Origin: Camelus dromedarius
Lineage: Eukaryota
Assembly (NCBI RefSeq): GCF_036321535.1
Contig: NC_087436.1
Coordinates: 110,486,001 to 110,550,000 of the forward strand
Reading direction: 5' to 3'
Length of the DNA stretch: 64,000 nt
The notes beneath the pieces were generated by a model. That model was not told the DNA's origin. It was given only the letters and a program-made list of their open reading frames with translations, and searched no databases. Every line of letters begins with the position of its first letter. Position 1 is the first letter of the stretch. The translations under genes were made by a program, and so were the position numbers. This document shows, piece after piece, positions 39,571 through 52,777 of the stretch.

Positions 39571-40409
39571 GTGAAATATAAGTTTATCATACATTCAAAG
39601 AATGGTATTATGTACACATGCACACATACATGCTATGTAATTTATATATTTTATATATATGTATAATTTTTGTGATAGCTGTGAAAGGCAATCTCTATTA
39701 CATAATAATAAAGCTGTGTGTCTCTGAATTTAAGCCACTAGGTCAAGATCATTTAGCTTGGTACGCTGTAGATTTGAATCCAGAGCACTTTACATTATAT
39801 CATTCCAATTTACATGGTCTTTGTGAGTACCAAATGAGTTAGGATGAGTCGTGTCCAGACCATGACTTGCATTTAATAAATGCCAGCTATTATTAATACC
39901 TCTTACTGATATTTATAACCATAGAATTTTATCATATTAACTGTAGAACAAGAAAAAATGCTCAATATGTTGAACCAGAAAACTGGGAAAACAGGAAAAA
40001 GAAACCACCATGTAATTAGAATTTTTAAAAATTGAAAACAATAACTTCATGAGAACATAATTCGGAGGAATTCTAAGGTAAAATAGAATCAGAATGGATT
40101 TTTAAGGTTTAATTTTAAATACACTTTTAAGTTTTTATTTTCTCTTTGAAAAATAGTATGATTCTTCTTTTTGTTGTGTTTCTTTTTCCTTTTTTTCCTA
40201 ACATCTAAGAAAGATAAAGATAAAAGGAAAAGGACAAATCAGTTGACATAGATTTAATTTTCTACTTAGAATATTATCTGAATTTTTAAAAAGGAGTAAA
40301 GCTAAATTAGGAGGAAAAACTATGTCAATAAACTTTCATTTTCACTCATTCTTCATAGTGATTTATGCCCAAACTTTAGTAAAAACATTGTGACATTAAG
40401 AGATGCTCC

Positions 40410-41122
40410 AGCAGGAGAAAGCATAAGCTCTGAAGTCAAGCAAACCAGATGCTGGGTCTCACTTTGCCATTTAGTTATCTTAGGAAACAGGAAGCTATTC
40501 AGACTTTTGAGCCTTGGTTTCTTCATCTCTAAATTGTGCATAGTAATACCTCACAGAGCTGTTATGAGAATTAAGTGAGGTGAAGAATTTTAAGTGTCCC
40601 TACAGGAGACTGAATGATTGGACCCACCCCCATCCCCCTCCCCCCATCTAGACCTTTGCCACGTCCTCATCCTGGGTAGAGTGCATGTCCCTCATGGACT
40701 TGGAGGCTGGATGTAACTAGCTTTGGTCAAATGACATGTGAGTAGATATGACACATATGTCGGTTATGAGCCTAGGTCCTCAGAGGCCCTGTGTATTTGT
40801 TTATTCACTCGTGTTCCTGCCATTAACATGAGAAGAACATACCTCAAGTAGCTTGCTAGACAAAGGAGGATGAAAGATACAAAAAACAGAATTGCTTCTG
40901 CTACTTCACTGATTAGCAGCTTGAAGCAGGGCTGCCCAGTAGAGCCCAACCTGTATCAGCAGAACCACCTTAACTGACCAGCAGACTCATGCAAATAAAT
41001 GACTGCCTTAAGTCACTTGGTATTGGGATAATTTCTTACACAGCTCTATTGTTACAAGTGCTAACCAGTGCAGTGCCCAAAACTGTCGCTGACACATGAC
41101 GATTGCTTGATAAACATTAGTT
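40410..41122 (+). mobile_element. MIR split by a nested MLT1 LTR
   Basis: MIR head and core at 40410-40600 (GAGCCTTGGTTTCTTCATCTCTAAA...TACCTCACAGAGCTGTTATGAGAATTAA). MIR tail at 41073-41122 (CTGACACATG...GCTTGATAAACATTAG). Confidence 0.75.
40601..41072 (+). mobile_element. MLT1H/I-like MaLR solo LTR
   Basis: CATGAGAAGAACATACCTCAAGTAGC, AGCTTGAAGCAG, AGAGCCCAACCT and AATAAATG, ending CTAACCAGTGCA. Imperfect 5-bp TSD GTCCC/GTGCC. Confidence 0.8.
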
Positions 41123-42321
41123 CTTTAGTAATGTAACAATGTGTCATTTGGCATTTCAATTTATTTGTGTTAAACAATGAAGAGAAAGCCTTTTTTTAAA
41201 TTTTACATGATATCATTTTGAAAACCAATTACTGACACAAACTTGTGAACTAAAATACTAAATAAAAAATTAAAGATTACAAACTTGAGGTTCTTGGTCT
41301 TAATCTGCTTAGTGTCGGTATCCTTCTAATAACCCCTTATTATGCTGCTCACTAACCCCTTAGGCTAACAAATGTAGCATAAAAATTGGTATGAATTCAT
41401 ACCAATAGCCACTAAGCTGGTAACTACAATACCCATTAAACTGGTGGTATACAGTTTCAGGGATTTGGATGTAAGCCCCCAGTATGTTTTACATATACCT
41501 TTTTAAATGTATCAGTCAGTGAAATACATTCTACCTGTTTCCCACCCAAGTAGAATTTGAACCACAAATGGCAGGTGATAATTTCGTATTTCACTAATAT
41601 AATCCTCCACGCAACTCAGTATTCTCAGAAAGAATCTTTATATCTTAAGTGCCTAATACTTGAAGGCTTGAAATGCTTTTTGTTTGCTTCTTGGCTTTCT
41701 CCGTTCTACCAAGACACACAATGAAAAAAGCACACCAAGTTTCAGTTTCCCCTCTGAGAACAGGGGAAGATCAATTTTTCATGAACCCTCACTGGAAGCC
41801 CTCTTCAGTTTGATGCCTAAAAACGTCTCAGACAAATATCCCCACTTCACATCCAAAGTAAAAGTCACTACTTTTTGCCTTTGATGATTTCCTTTAGCAA
41901 CACAAATATTCATACTTTGACAAATAAGATCTTGTCGGGGTGGGTGGTGGCAGGGGGAGCTGCAGAAAGTGCTCAGCAGAGTTCCATTTAAGTATTTGTT
42001 TGATTTTCTATCAGAAAACCTAAACCAAAGGACAGAACTATGATTTTTTTTTCATGTCCCATGACAACTTATGCGGTAAGAAAGTTCTTTACCTAATTCC
42101 ATCTAACTCTTCCTCTGAAAATGAAGTTCTTCTTATATGCATTACTATGTACTGCACTCATTAAGTTGTAAGCTTCAACTTCTGGGCCAATACTTGATAC
42201 TTAAAAGAGTGCTCACTTTCTTTGTCAAATTTAGAAGGATAGCTAAAATAAAGGTGTGTGAGTCATCCATTCAAAACTTTCTCTTTTCCCTTTTCACCTA
42301 TACATCATGATATAACAATAA

Positions 42322-43575
42322 ACACATTTATTCATTTGACACATATTGTGCAAACATCTTTCATGTGCCATGCATTGGGTTAGAGGCTGAGGAGTTGACA
42401 GTTTCACGGAGGAGTTAGATATTAATTAAAAAATCAGGGAAAAATATAAAATTAAGCCTATGACAAGTACTATGCAGTAAAAGTGCACGATACTGCAGGA
42501 GTGTATAATAGGAGGCCTGACCTAATCTGAGGGTATAGGGAAGGCTTCCATGTGGAAGTTGGAGCTAATATACAAAAGATAAGCAGAAATTATCTAAGTA
42601 GAAAGGTTGGGCAAGGGGGGGTCTTTCCAGGTACACTGATCAGCATATGAAAAGCAGGGAGCTTATCCAAGTACCTGAATGAAGAAGACCAGTTTAGCTG
42701 GAACAGAGAGTGTTAGAAAGAAGAATGGCATGAAATTAGGCAGGAAGTGAGGCAGGGAACTGACTAGCAGTTGGGCTGGAAATCTTCATGCTCAAAGTAG
42801 CCCTCCAGATCTACTCTATATTCTTCTTCACCACACCCTATACCCAAGAAGAAGAAACTTTGAAAGCTCCAACAATGGGCTCCCTTACCCTCCAGCTTCC
42901 AGATACATCCACCCAATAGAAGACACCACCAGGAAACTGGATGATGAGATGAGAGTGAAGAAAAGAGTACAATCCTCTACCACAGGCATACCCACCCACT
43001 GGAAACAAAAAGGTATGTTGCTAATTCCGATTCAGGTATTAAAGTGATCACCTTGGCTATAAAATATGAATTAGATTAGAAGGGGCAAGAATGGGTAGAG
43101 ACTTGATGTGGCTGAAGTTCACACGAGACATGACATTAGCTTGGATAGGAAAATAACGGTGAAAATATAGAGAACTTGGTGGATTCAAGATGAGAAAAAA
43201 GACTTCCAAAGTGGTACTCTAACGTTTTGTTTAAGCAGCTTAATAGAAGGCAGTGCCATTGAGGACAGCACCGAGGAAAAAAAGAGAAAACAGGTTTGCA
43301 GATGACAAGTAGGTATTTGTCTTTGGATGTGTTGGATTTGAGGTGACTTTGAGACATCTAACTGAAGATATGAAAGAGACAGTTGGATACACAGATCTGA
43401 AACTCTAGCAAAAGGTCAGGACTTAGGGATTTATATTTAGGAGTTTTTGACATAAGGTGATGATTAAAACTGTAGTTGTATGTGAGGCTTCCTACAGGGA
43501 GAGAATAAGGTGCAGGCCCTGCTCTAAGAAACTCTACCATGTACCAGCCAGTTAAAGAAAAACATACGCAGAAGG

Positions 43576-43625
<50 letters not shown>

Positions 43626-43730
43626 AGCAGCAGAGATTCAGTGGATATGTGTGACACCAAGGAAATATATGTCATAGAAGACAAGGAAACAGAGTGTATA
43701 AAACACTGAAAGTCATGGCTGACTGAAAGG
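42322..43730 (-). mobile_element. L2 element with an LTR33/LTR16-like insert (~42780-42960)
   Basis: CATTTATTCATTTGACACAT tail, GGGAAGGCTTCCATGTGGAAG and TTTGGATGTGTTGGATTTGAGGTG...CAGTTGGATA. Insert GGGCTCCCTTACCCTCCAGCTTCC...CCAATAGAAGACACCACCAGGA. Confidence 0.72.
43579..43623 (+). repeat. Uninterrupted poly(A), 45 nt
   Basis: Counted directly. Confidence 0.95.
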
Positions 43731-44366
43731 AGGTGAAAAAATATTTTTCTATGTGTAATTATAGTCCCTTTCTTTTTAGGGAATAAGCATTATGTCTTAA
43801 AAGAAGGTGCTTTCTATGCCAGAGAACAATTTTATAGTATTTAGGTTCTCTTTGATTTTGACCCTTTCTGGTGTCTGCCCTTTTCTGCTATACAAGACAC
43901 TTTTCATACTTCTTACCTGTAATAAAGTTTTATATCCTGCTGGTTCTGGTTATTACTGCTTACCCCAATCAGAACTGATTCATTGGATCCAGTGCTAGGA
44001 ACTTTGACTTCTGTTAACCAAGGTTCTATTCTAGCAAACATCTGCTTTCACAGAAAAAAAAAAAAAATCCACAGAGGTTTAATTTTCCAAGGACACATAC
44101 CACATACTTAGAAAAGAGCAGAGTCAGATTCAGAGTAATACTTTTTGATTTTCAAATTCTCTGTTATATGACATTAAGGCAACACCATAACTGCTCAATA
44201 TACTCTTTCCCTAACCTTGGTATTGCAAGCAAGATGTAATAAAAACAGAAACTCATCAATTAGAAGAGAGAACACACAAATTGTAGAGCTCAAAAATTAA
44301 AAATTCTAAAATTATGAATTCAATAATGCCAGAAACTTTGGCTTCATCCTTTGAAAAATACACCTT

Positions 44367-44726
44367 TGTTTCAATCAGCTAGCAATGCTATGTAACAAAA
44401 ATACCATAGACTGCGTGACTTAAACCACAGACATTTATTTCTCACAGTTTTGGAGGCTGGGAAGTCCAAGATAAAGTTCTGGCAGATCCACTGTCTGTCC
44501 TGCTTCCTGACTTGTAGATGGCTGTCTTCTCCTTGTATCTTCACATGGTAGAGAGCAGAGAGAGATGGCAAACTCATCTGTCTCTTCTTATAAGGGAACA
44601 ATTCCATTCATGAGCTCTGCCTTTAAGACCCAAACCTCCTAAAGGCACCACCTCCTACTACCATCACACTGAGGGTCAGGATTTCAACATACAAATTTCA
44701 GGGGACACAAGCATTCAGTCTATGAG
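44367..44726 (-). mobile_element. MLT1A-like MaLR solo LTR
   Basis: AATACCATAGACTG...ATTTATTTCTCACAGTTTTGGAGGCTGGGAAGTCCAAGAT...CTTATAAGGG...ATTTCAACATA...GGGGACACAAGCATTCAGTC. Confidence 0.9.
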
Positions 44727-46196
44727 AGACTTTCACACTCTTGGAGAGCGCTCTCAAGTTTTTCCCAAACTCATGAAAACCACTTCTCATTGTCAACTGT
44801 GCAGACTGCTTCACAGCGTGGTAACATGATCACATGGTCAGCTTGCCTGCAGCTCAAGGTACCAAAAGAAATTTCATTCTGCTCTCACTTCCCTTGTTTT
44901 GTGAATAAACAGTTCACCTGCCAAAACCAAGCAAGAAACAAATCTGTGGTCTTCTTACCCAACATACTCTAATAAGCTTGTTTTAGTGTCTGTTTCACTT
45001 GCTTCTTTACAGCTATTAAGAGATTCTTTTATAGCAGCTGGTTTTGGTCTAAGGAAGAGTGGGTGCTACAATCTTCTGACAGAGTAGAAAGTCTGGGCCA
45101 GTTCAACATTAGGCCAGTGGATTTGGATTTGGTGTCACAATTTAATTAAACCAAGCAATGTTATCATGAGTGCCGTGTGAAGGCTATGTTCTTCATCGCT
45201 TTGGAGAACCTGATTACTAAACCACTCCATTGGCTGAAAGACAATCTTGTGCTTAAGGAGGAATGCATGGTCTTTGTTTCACCACAAACAAACATTATCA
45301 GCCTGGGTAGCAAACTGAGGTCTATCTCAGTTTTTAGACTGTCATTATCTAAATTAAACTGAAATGGAAAATTTGTAATCTAGCACAATACAACAAATTA
45401 ACCATGGATTGACTGTCTAATTGGAAATTAGATGAAGTCAAAAACAATGCAAAATTTAACACAAATTAGAAGCCAAATTAATACATGTGGTTGGAGAGCT
45501 CTGAGCAGCTGAGATATTAGTGCCAAAGACGAGTATCCCTGAACCTTACGACAATCTCTTACCAGTCCTTATTTTACAAGACCAGTGCTACTGCCAAGCC
45601 AGACTAAAACATCATTGTCTCTTGTTTTGCCTTGGAAAATGGTCCAATACAAGGATTTTCCCATGCATCCTAGAATTTAGTGCCCATCTGCTCTCAGTCA
45701 GTAGGAAGACTGAGAGGCAGAATGCACGGTGACCCTAAGACTAACGTACCGGGGAGGCTGAGGCCTCGGCCACTCATCCGAGGACTGCCTGTCTCTCACC
45801 TGCGGACACACGGTCTTGATGAAATGTTACGAGGACAGCATGGTGGAGCAGACCTGCAGTATCAATAGTCCCAGGAGCTAATTCACATAGATTATAATCA
45901 AGAGGAACAGTAATAGGTACGCTACAACAATTTTGTCTTGTATGACATCATAAGAATTTTGTGCTTTCCTTTTTGTAACATTTCTGTATGAGAATAGAAG
46001 TCCATCTTTCATTGCCCTAAATGTGAAAGGAGAAATTTTAATTGGACATCCACCCTTTCAAACATCCTTTGAAAAAGGGAAGGAGGCAGTTCATGTCAGG
46101 TAAAACAAACAAGGACCAGTCATATCCATGGAGCTCAAGATCTTCACAAGCTGGGGATCATGGAGGAAAGGACTCTGTAGTTTTGCTCAGACCATT

Positions 46197-46645
46197 TATC
46201 TTAGTTCCCTAGGGTGACCACAACAGAATACCATAAACTAGGTGCCTCAAAATAACATAAATGTGTTGTCTGACAGATCCAGAGGATAGAAGCCCAAATC
46301 AAGGTGCTAGTAAGGCTGATTCCTTCCAAGGACTCTGAGTGACACTGTTTCACACCTCTTCTCTGGCTTCTGGTGAGGGTTGGCAGTCCTTGGCATGCCT
46401 TGGCTTGTAGACGCATCATATTAATTTCTGCCCCTGTCTGTACATGGTTTTCTTCCCATGTTTCTCACTCTCCTTCTCCTCTATGTACACTAGTCATATT
46501 GGATTAGGGCCCACCCTACTCGAGTATGACCTCATCTTAATTAATTACAACTGCTATACCCCGATTTCCAAATAGTGTCACATTCTGAGGTTCTGGAGGT
46601 TAAGACTTCAACATATCTTTTGCGGGGACACAATTCAACATATCA
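46197..46645 (-). mobile_element. MLT1C-like MaLR solo LTR
   Basis: CCTTGGCATGCCTTGGCTTGTAGACGCATCA, ATTGGATTAGGGCCCACCCTA and GTCACATTCTGAGG...GGGGACACAATTCAAC. Confidence 0.9.
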
Positions 46646-47699
46646 TGTAAGCAATTCTGAAAGAGGATCTCACCAGAAAATGACTGGGAAACTAGTGCAG
46701 ATAAAAATCTCATCTTTACTTTCTAAACTCTAAAACAGAAGACAAATGAAATTTGTTTTTTTTTTAAAAAAACTTTTATCTGACATCTGACTTAAAGAAT
46801 TGAAACTTTTACTCACTGCATTTTATAAGGGAGTACTAACTAATTTAAAGCCTGACAAGAAAGGAGTCTCACCTAATCTTTGCTGAAAAAAATTGCTGAA
46901 ATAAACAATCCACTCCATGGAAATGTCTTGTGTCACTGATCTTCCATAGTGGATCAGGGTACCGCTCTACAGAAGTGTATCAATAAATGTGTATTAAATA
47001 TTCTAACCCGAAATGCTTTCCCTTCATTATTACTATGTAACTGCCAAAGGTGGTTTCTGCAGCTACATGTAGAATTCTTGGGAACTCAGAGAGAGCCAAC
47101 TCTAAGCAATATATAGTACTTGACCTTGTATTTAATCAGCCAGATTATTGTGTCTGATTGAGTCTAGCTGAGAGATTAACAAAACATGAGTTGTAAGTCA
47201 AGCCACAGAAATATTAGAAAGTGTATCCTTCTCATAAAGCAAGTTTGTCTCAATAAAACAAGCCTAGAAGCGAATTGCCATGTCTGTGCCTAATATTGAA
47301 TCACCAGGATACCCTGACAGGCTAGTTCACCTTACAGTGTCTGGTGCCTAAAGAATCTTGGCAAGCAACTGAGGGCTAACACCTTCTGGAGAGCTTTTCC
47401 CTACTGGCAGGGGGATTTCTGCTTTGCCAAACTCAGTACCAAATGCCCAGGCCTCCCTAATTGCAGCCTTGATTCCCTGTAAGTCAAAGTCGATGACCCC
47501 CCTGGCAGTCATCAAGAGCATGATTCCCTTCCTCAGAAACCGCAGGTCAAAGGGAGGCCCATTAGCAGCTCTGGTTGCACTCAGGCACCGAGAACAGCAG
47601 TTTTCCTGATTAGAAACGTGAGGCAGCCTGATTTACATGCTCAGAGATGTAGCCAAATGTGCTGGAAAGAGAAGAGGTACAGCGAACAGGGCCCCCTGC

Positions 47700-48172
47700 T
47701 AACATCTCCATCCTGATCTCTCGTCACTTCATGCCGCTCAGTCTACGCTCCAGCAAGATTTAATTTCATCCAGGTCGCCAAAGACGGTGTGTTCGCTCAT
47801 TCTGTTTCTCGTTTGCATTCCTTCTCACCTCTGGGTCCTTGCATGCACCTTCTGCTTCTCCTATTGCCTTTAGGAAGCTTGCTGTACTTAGAAAATATCA
47901 ACATGCCCTTCAGAACTTGGGTAACTGTAGTTTCCCTTAAAAGTGGTCCCTACTCCCCAGATCAGTGGTGTTCCCAGTGGCCTCCGGCATGTGGATTGCT
48001 CAGAGCCCTCACCACACTGTACACTGTAGTTCCTTGTATATTTTACTGTATCCTCCACTGGAACAGAGATCCATGAAAGGAAGAACCATATCCTATTTAA
48101 CTTTTTAGCCTCAGCAACTAGGACAGTGACTGTCATAAAATAAATAGTCAATGAACTTTCATTGAATGAATC
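47700..48172 (+). mobile_element. L2 3' fragment
   Basis: GATCCATGAAAGGAAGAACCATATCCT...CTAGGACAGTGACTGTCATAAAATAAATAGTCAATGAAC...TGAATGAAT. Confidence 0.6.
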
Positions 48173-49550
48173 ACAGAATGGATACTAGTTTGGGAACCAG
48201 AAAACCAGGGACGTAGTTCTAGCTTTGCCACTAACAAGATTTGATTTTTCAGGAATTTCACTGTTGTCACATTTGTGGCCTTGGTACCTTCAGCCATGGT
48301 GGGAAAATCCTTGCTTTGCACACATGCACTTTCATGAACTTCCACTTCTTTTTTTGTTCTTTTTCATTGTAAGTTTGGGAGGACTCCACCTGCTTGGTGG
48401 TTGATAGGAAAGGCTACCATAATGTGTTGGAAGGACTTTGTAAGGTGCAAAATTGTATAGAAATTCAAGTTTTTGTTGGTCTTTGGTAGGAAGTAGAGGA
48501 GAGACTGGCTGAGCTTCTGCAAATATACCTTCATTTTGGAAAGTGTATCAGTGTAACGCGGCACGCCCACTAAATATCCCCCTTTCCTTTGCTTTCTACC
48601 AAGTAGTCGTGGCCTCATGTAGAAGGACACACTCTGGGACTGACTGTTTTATTTAGTCTGGGGACCGATAAGTTTCTTGGTCACTTGCAGAATGTTTGAT
48701 ATAATCAATATCCAGTTAGTTTCTATACTCGGGACTTTTCCTGACTGGAATTTGAATAAGGCTTACTTACTTACAGCTCAATTTCAAGGGGAAAAAAATA
48801 TTATGTGACTGCACCAAACAGTTAAATTGAACATTATAATACACACACGCAGGTATCACTTTTCATCACCAGGAGTCCTCTCACAAGAATAAGGTGAATT
48901 CATCTCTAAGGAGATGAATCTGCTTTAGTCTCACTTTATTTGAGTTTCGAGGTCTCACAAATTCCTTCTTCAAGTGTACAGTTTAAAAACACTTTTTTCT
49001 TTTTGTTTTTAATAAACACTTTTTTTTCTGGATGCATACTGTCCCAGAAAATGGTTTTTACACGACAAATAAAGCATCGTGTATCTTTGGTGCATACAAG
49101 TTCCTTCCCATAAAAATATCTTTCACTGTAATCAGGATGAAAGTCATTAACTTACATCAAAACTAGCTCTTTGCTATTTGGCACAAACAGCTCAAATAAG
49201 CACCGAAAATTCATTGGTGTCTACTAAGGTAGTATCTAGAAATTTAAAACTGGGCATTGGTGAAAAATCAGGGGGGAATACGATAGATTGCTTTGATCAG
49301 TCTTTAAAATTCTGTTCCTTCTGGAAATATCCCTTGGCCAATCCATGGGCTTAAAGAAAGGCTCTACAAACATGAATTTAACTATCGCTTTCTGCAGGTC
49401 ATGATAAATAGGGAATGCTGCACAGTGGTGCAGGAAGAGAACCATCCCAAAACATATGGGCATAGAGACAATGGCCACTTACACACCTTTGCCCAGAGAA
49501 CTGAGCAGGTAACACAGGGAAGAAATCATTAATGAGCCGTGACAACCAGT

Positions 49551-49683
49551 ACACACACACACACGCGCGCGCATAAACACATGCACACATGTAGACATTG
49601 ACACATACTCACACACAGAGGCACACACTCACACAGACACACACACACACCTATATATACATACATCACATACACACATACAC
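49551..49683. repeat. (CA)n-rich microsatellite with a (CG)n core
   Basis: ACACACACACACACGCGCGCGC... seen directly. Confidence 0.9.
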
Positions 49684-52619
49684 TTGATGTTAAAAAAAAT
49701 CAAGAAAATTTCTTCAAAGGCATTTTATTATTGCCTGACTGTTGCTGCCAACAAAAACTTCCCATGTGATTTTTTTCCTCACCAACACAGATAATGTGGT
49801 TTAAATAAAGGAGCAGTCAGATAAGTTGGAAGATGGGAAAAGCCACCCAGGGCAGTGGAAAGAGCCCGGCACTAAGGCTGAGAAGAGCAGGGTCCTAATC
49901 CTGGCTCTCAAGTCGTGGCTCATGTATCAGATGCTGGATGTAAATTAAATCAGGGTCAAAACTGAGAAGCCTTTTGGATACACTGCCTTCTGATGGTAGT
50001 CGAATGCTCGGACCACTCAATTTTTTGAGATGGAATGTGAAATTAGCTAAATTTGGTTGAAATATGAGTAGTTTGTTTAATCCTATTGTCTTTTGCCAGG
50101 ATCCCTGTCTGTATTCTGTAAATATTTGAATTTGTGACTCCTGATTTAAATTATCTGAGTCTAAATTTCTTCATTGTAAGTTGCTGTGGGTGGGGGCTTA
50201 GATAATTCCTAAGTGACCTTTTAGCCCTAGAATTTTTTAGAGACACATACAAAGCATGACCATTCTGACATGTTCTGGGAAAAGAAAAATGCTACAATTG
50301 TAATACAATATCCCAGTCTCTAAGACAACCAGAAAATATAAAGGGTATAAAAGTAAACTTTCACATCCCATTTCCAGCTCACCAATTTTGTGATACGTCC
50401 ATTTTGTGAAGTGGGAGGGAAGCCGCTGAAAGAAAATATTTGAAATGAAAACGACAAGTCAATAAACAACCCCACTGCAAATGCAAAACCAAACCACCAA
50501 ATAAAAGTTGTGCCATTACTCTAAATAAATAAATACTGATGTCAAAGGGAACACTGACATCAACTCCAAAATGGAAGAATATATAAAAACCCAAACACAG
50601 ATCTACCTGGGGGTGGACATGAGCACTGTGTTGGGAGCCAACATTAGGGAAATCATTTTCTTCTCCACGTCTCGTCTCTCTTTATAAAGTGAGGAGTTTG
50701 GTTAAATGATCTTAAATCTAACAATCTATAAGAGACTACAGCCGGCATCAATTTCCTTCACCCTGTGTATTATTAATCATCGTGGAATTCGTCTAAATGC
50801 AATCCATGCTTGATTTTCATTCATAAGGCACTCCACGGTCTATGTAGAGTCTAATTGGAAAATTAGTATTGTTTCAAAAGCACCAGCTAAGTCTCAAAAC
50901 GAGATGCCCTCAGTATGACATGCATGTCTAATTTCTTCCCCGGCTGCATAAAGTAAGCAAGAGAGGCATTCTCAGCCGCTCCTGACAGCTTTTATCACAG
51001 GCTATTCAACAAATGTTTTCTGTCCACTTGTCTGAGAAAGCTGATTAGACAAAACAGCTGGTGGAGGCACAAAGAAGAACATTCATTACTTAGCAAGGGA
51101 ATAGAAAAGACATTTAAAATGAATGAATAGTGGACGCAAAAATGACTCTTGGAAGAAATGAATATACATTTTTTATTGTGAAATTGTCGGGAGTGTGGTG
51201 TACTACAACACCAGAGGCTGAATTTCCATTACATTACAAGGATAGGTAGGATTTTTTTTGGTTTTAAATTAAAGGGACATAATAAGACTCCTATTGAATA
51301 TGAAATTATTTTCTGTGTAATCCTTAGATCACTGCCCTAGAGATGATTTCTCAGAAAATCCAAGTGACTTGGAATGTCTAGAGGATTTACTAGCCTCAAT
51401 TCAGGAAAGGTATCTTGAAGCCCTGGGTCCTTTATGACTTCTCATGATCAAGTTGCTCCTTTCAAATGGAGTGAAGGGATGCTGATAAATGATACAGAAA
51501 GGCAATTCAGCTGTCTGCCTCCTTCTCTCTAACAGACAAGGGAAGACAGATCTGTGCTCCCCACAAAATCTCGAACCCCCACACTTTCATCTAGAGCATT
51601 ATTTATGACAGTCAAACACACACACTCCAAATGTTCTCTGTCAGAAAATAATAAAAGTAAAAACTAACTTTGCTTTGTTTTCTAAGGGTAGACTTCAATT
51701 ATTTTCTATATGTAAATGACCATAACAATTTCATCCAGAAGAAGAAATTATAGGAGAAAGTGCAGTAGCTTGAACTAGGAGGGAGCAGTTATCTCGCTCT
51801 CTGACTGTCAAGCCATGTTAACTTGAGACCATCTTCCCTCAGAGCCTCAGTTTCTTAATCCATAAGCGATGTGATCGCATCTTTGGAATGGATTAAGGTA
51901 TAAAGGAATACACCAATCAAAAGGTTGAGGTTGACCCAGATAATCTCTGCACTTTCCTCTTACCCACTTTTCTTCTCTCCATACTCCTATCCTATCCAGA
52001 AAAAAAATAATAATAATAATGATTGCAGATCTCTGTATGAAAGCATCCCATACACATCATGTCATTTGCTCCTCATGGTGAAATGAGGGAATTAAATTAA
52101 AGCAATATCTATGGCAGACCCACGTGAATGGTTCTGCTGTTTTTATTTTAATTATCATCTTTTATCTTCAAAACAAATTATATAGACCGTGAAGAGTATC
52201 TTCCCCTTTCTCCATGGAGGTTGCTGAGGCGATAATGAAATGATTTGCTGTAACTCACACAGACTATTACAGTCACTGGCCGTGTGATGTTGGACAGGCC
52301 TGGGTCTCATGCTCTCCCCCAGATCCACAGGGTGAAGCCATTCCCACCGGAATCATGTGCAGGAAAAAGAATAGAGACATGGTTCTTCAGACAGAAGAAA
52401 TGGGCCAATTTACCTGAAGAAGATACGTGGTCAGACACACTCTTCTTCTCTGCATAGTAAAGATAACTCTTCCTTTATGCCTCTGTCCCTGTGTCATTTT
52501 CTTGGCATCTTCTTCCCTGGAGTGTTGAGCTCACCCGCCCCGTTTCCCACTCCTGTGCTGTCTTTCCAAACACAATGGGTCTGACGAGTATGTGCAGCGC
52601 CTTCGCCTCTCCCCCGGTA

Positions 52620-52777
52620 CTCCGGTACCCTGTGAGCTTCTTAAATGAACATCTCCCCTCATTCCTTTTGGAAGGCTTGGAGCTTAACCCAGAGTCTTTA
52701 GTGAGGTGAGTGCTCAATACATATTTGCAGGGTTTATGGTTAACTGAATGGATGAACGAATGAATGAATGAATGAAT
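52620..52777 (+). mobile_element. L2 3' end with (TGAA)n tail
   Basis: TGTGAGCTTCTT...GTGCTCAATACATATTTG...GAATGAATGAATGAATGAAT. Confidence 0.7.

Noticed and set aside
45800..45853. 54-nt minus-strand CAG|...|GTGAGA exon-like segment
   Set aside because: The acceptor lacks a pyrimidine tract and the peptide is not recognised.
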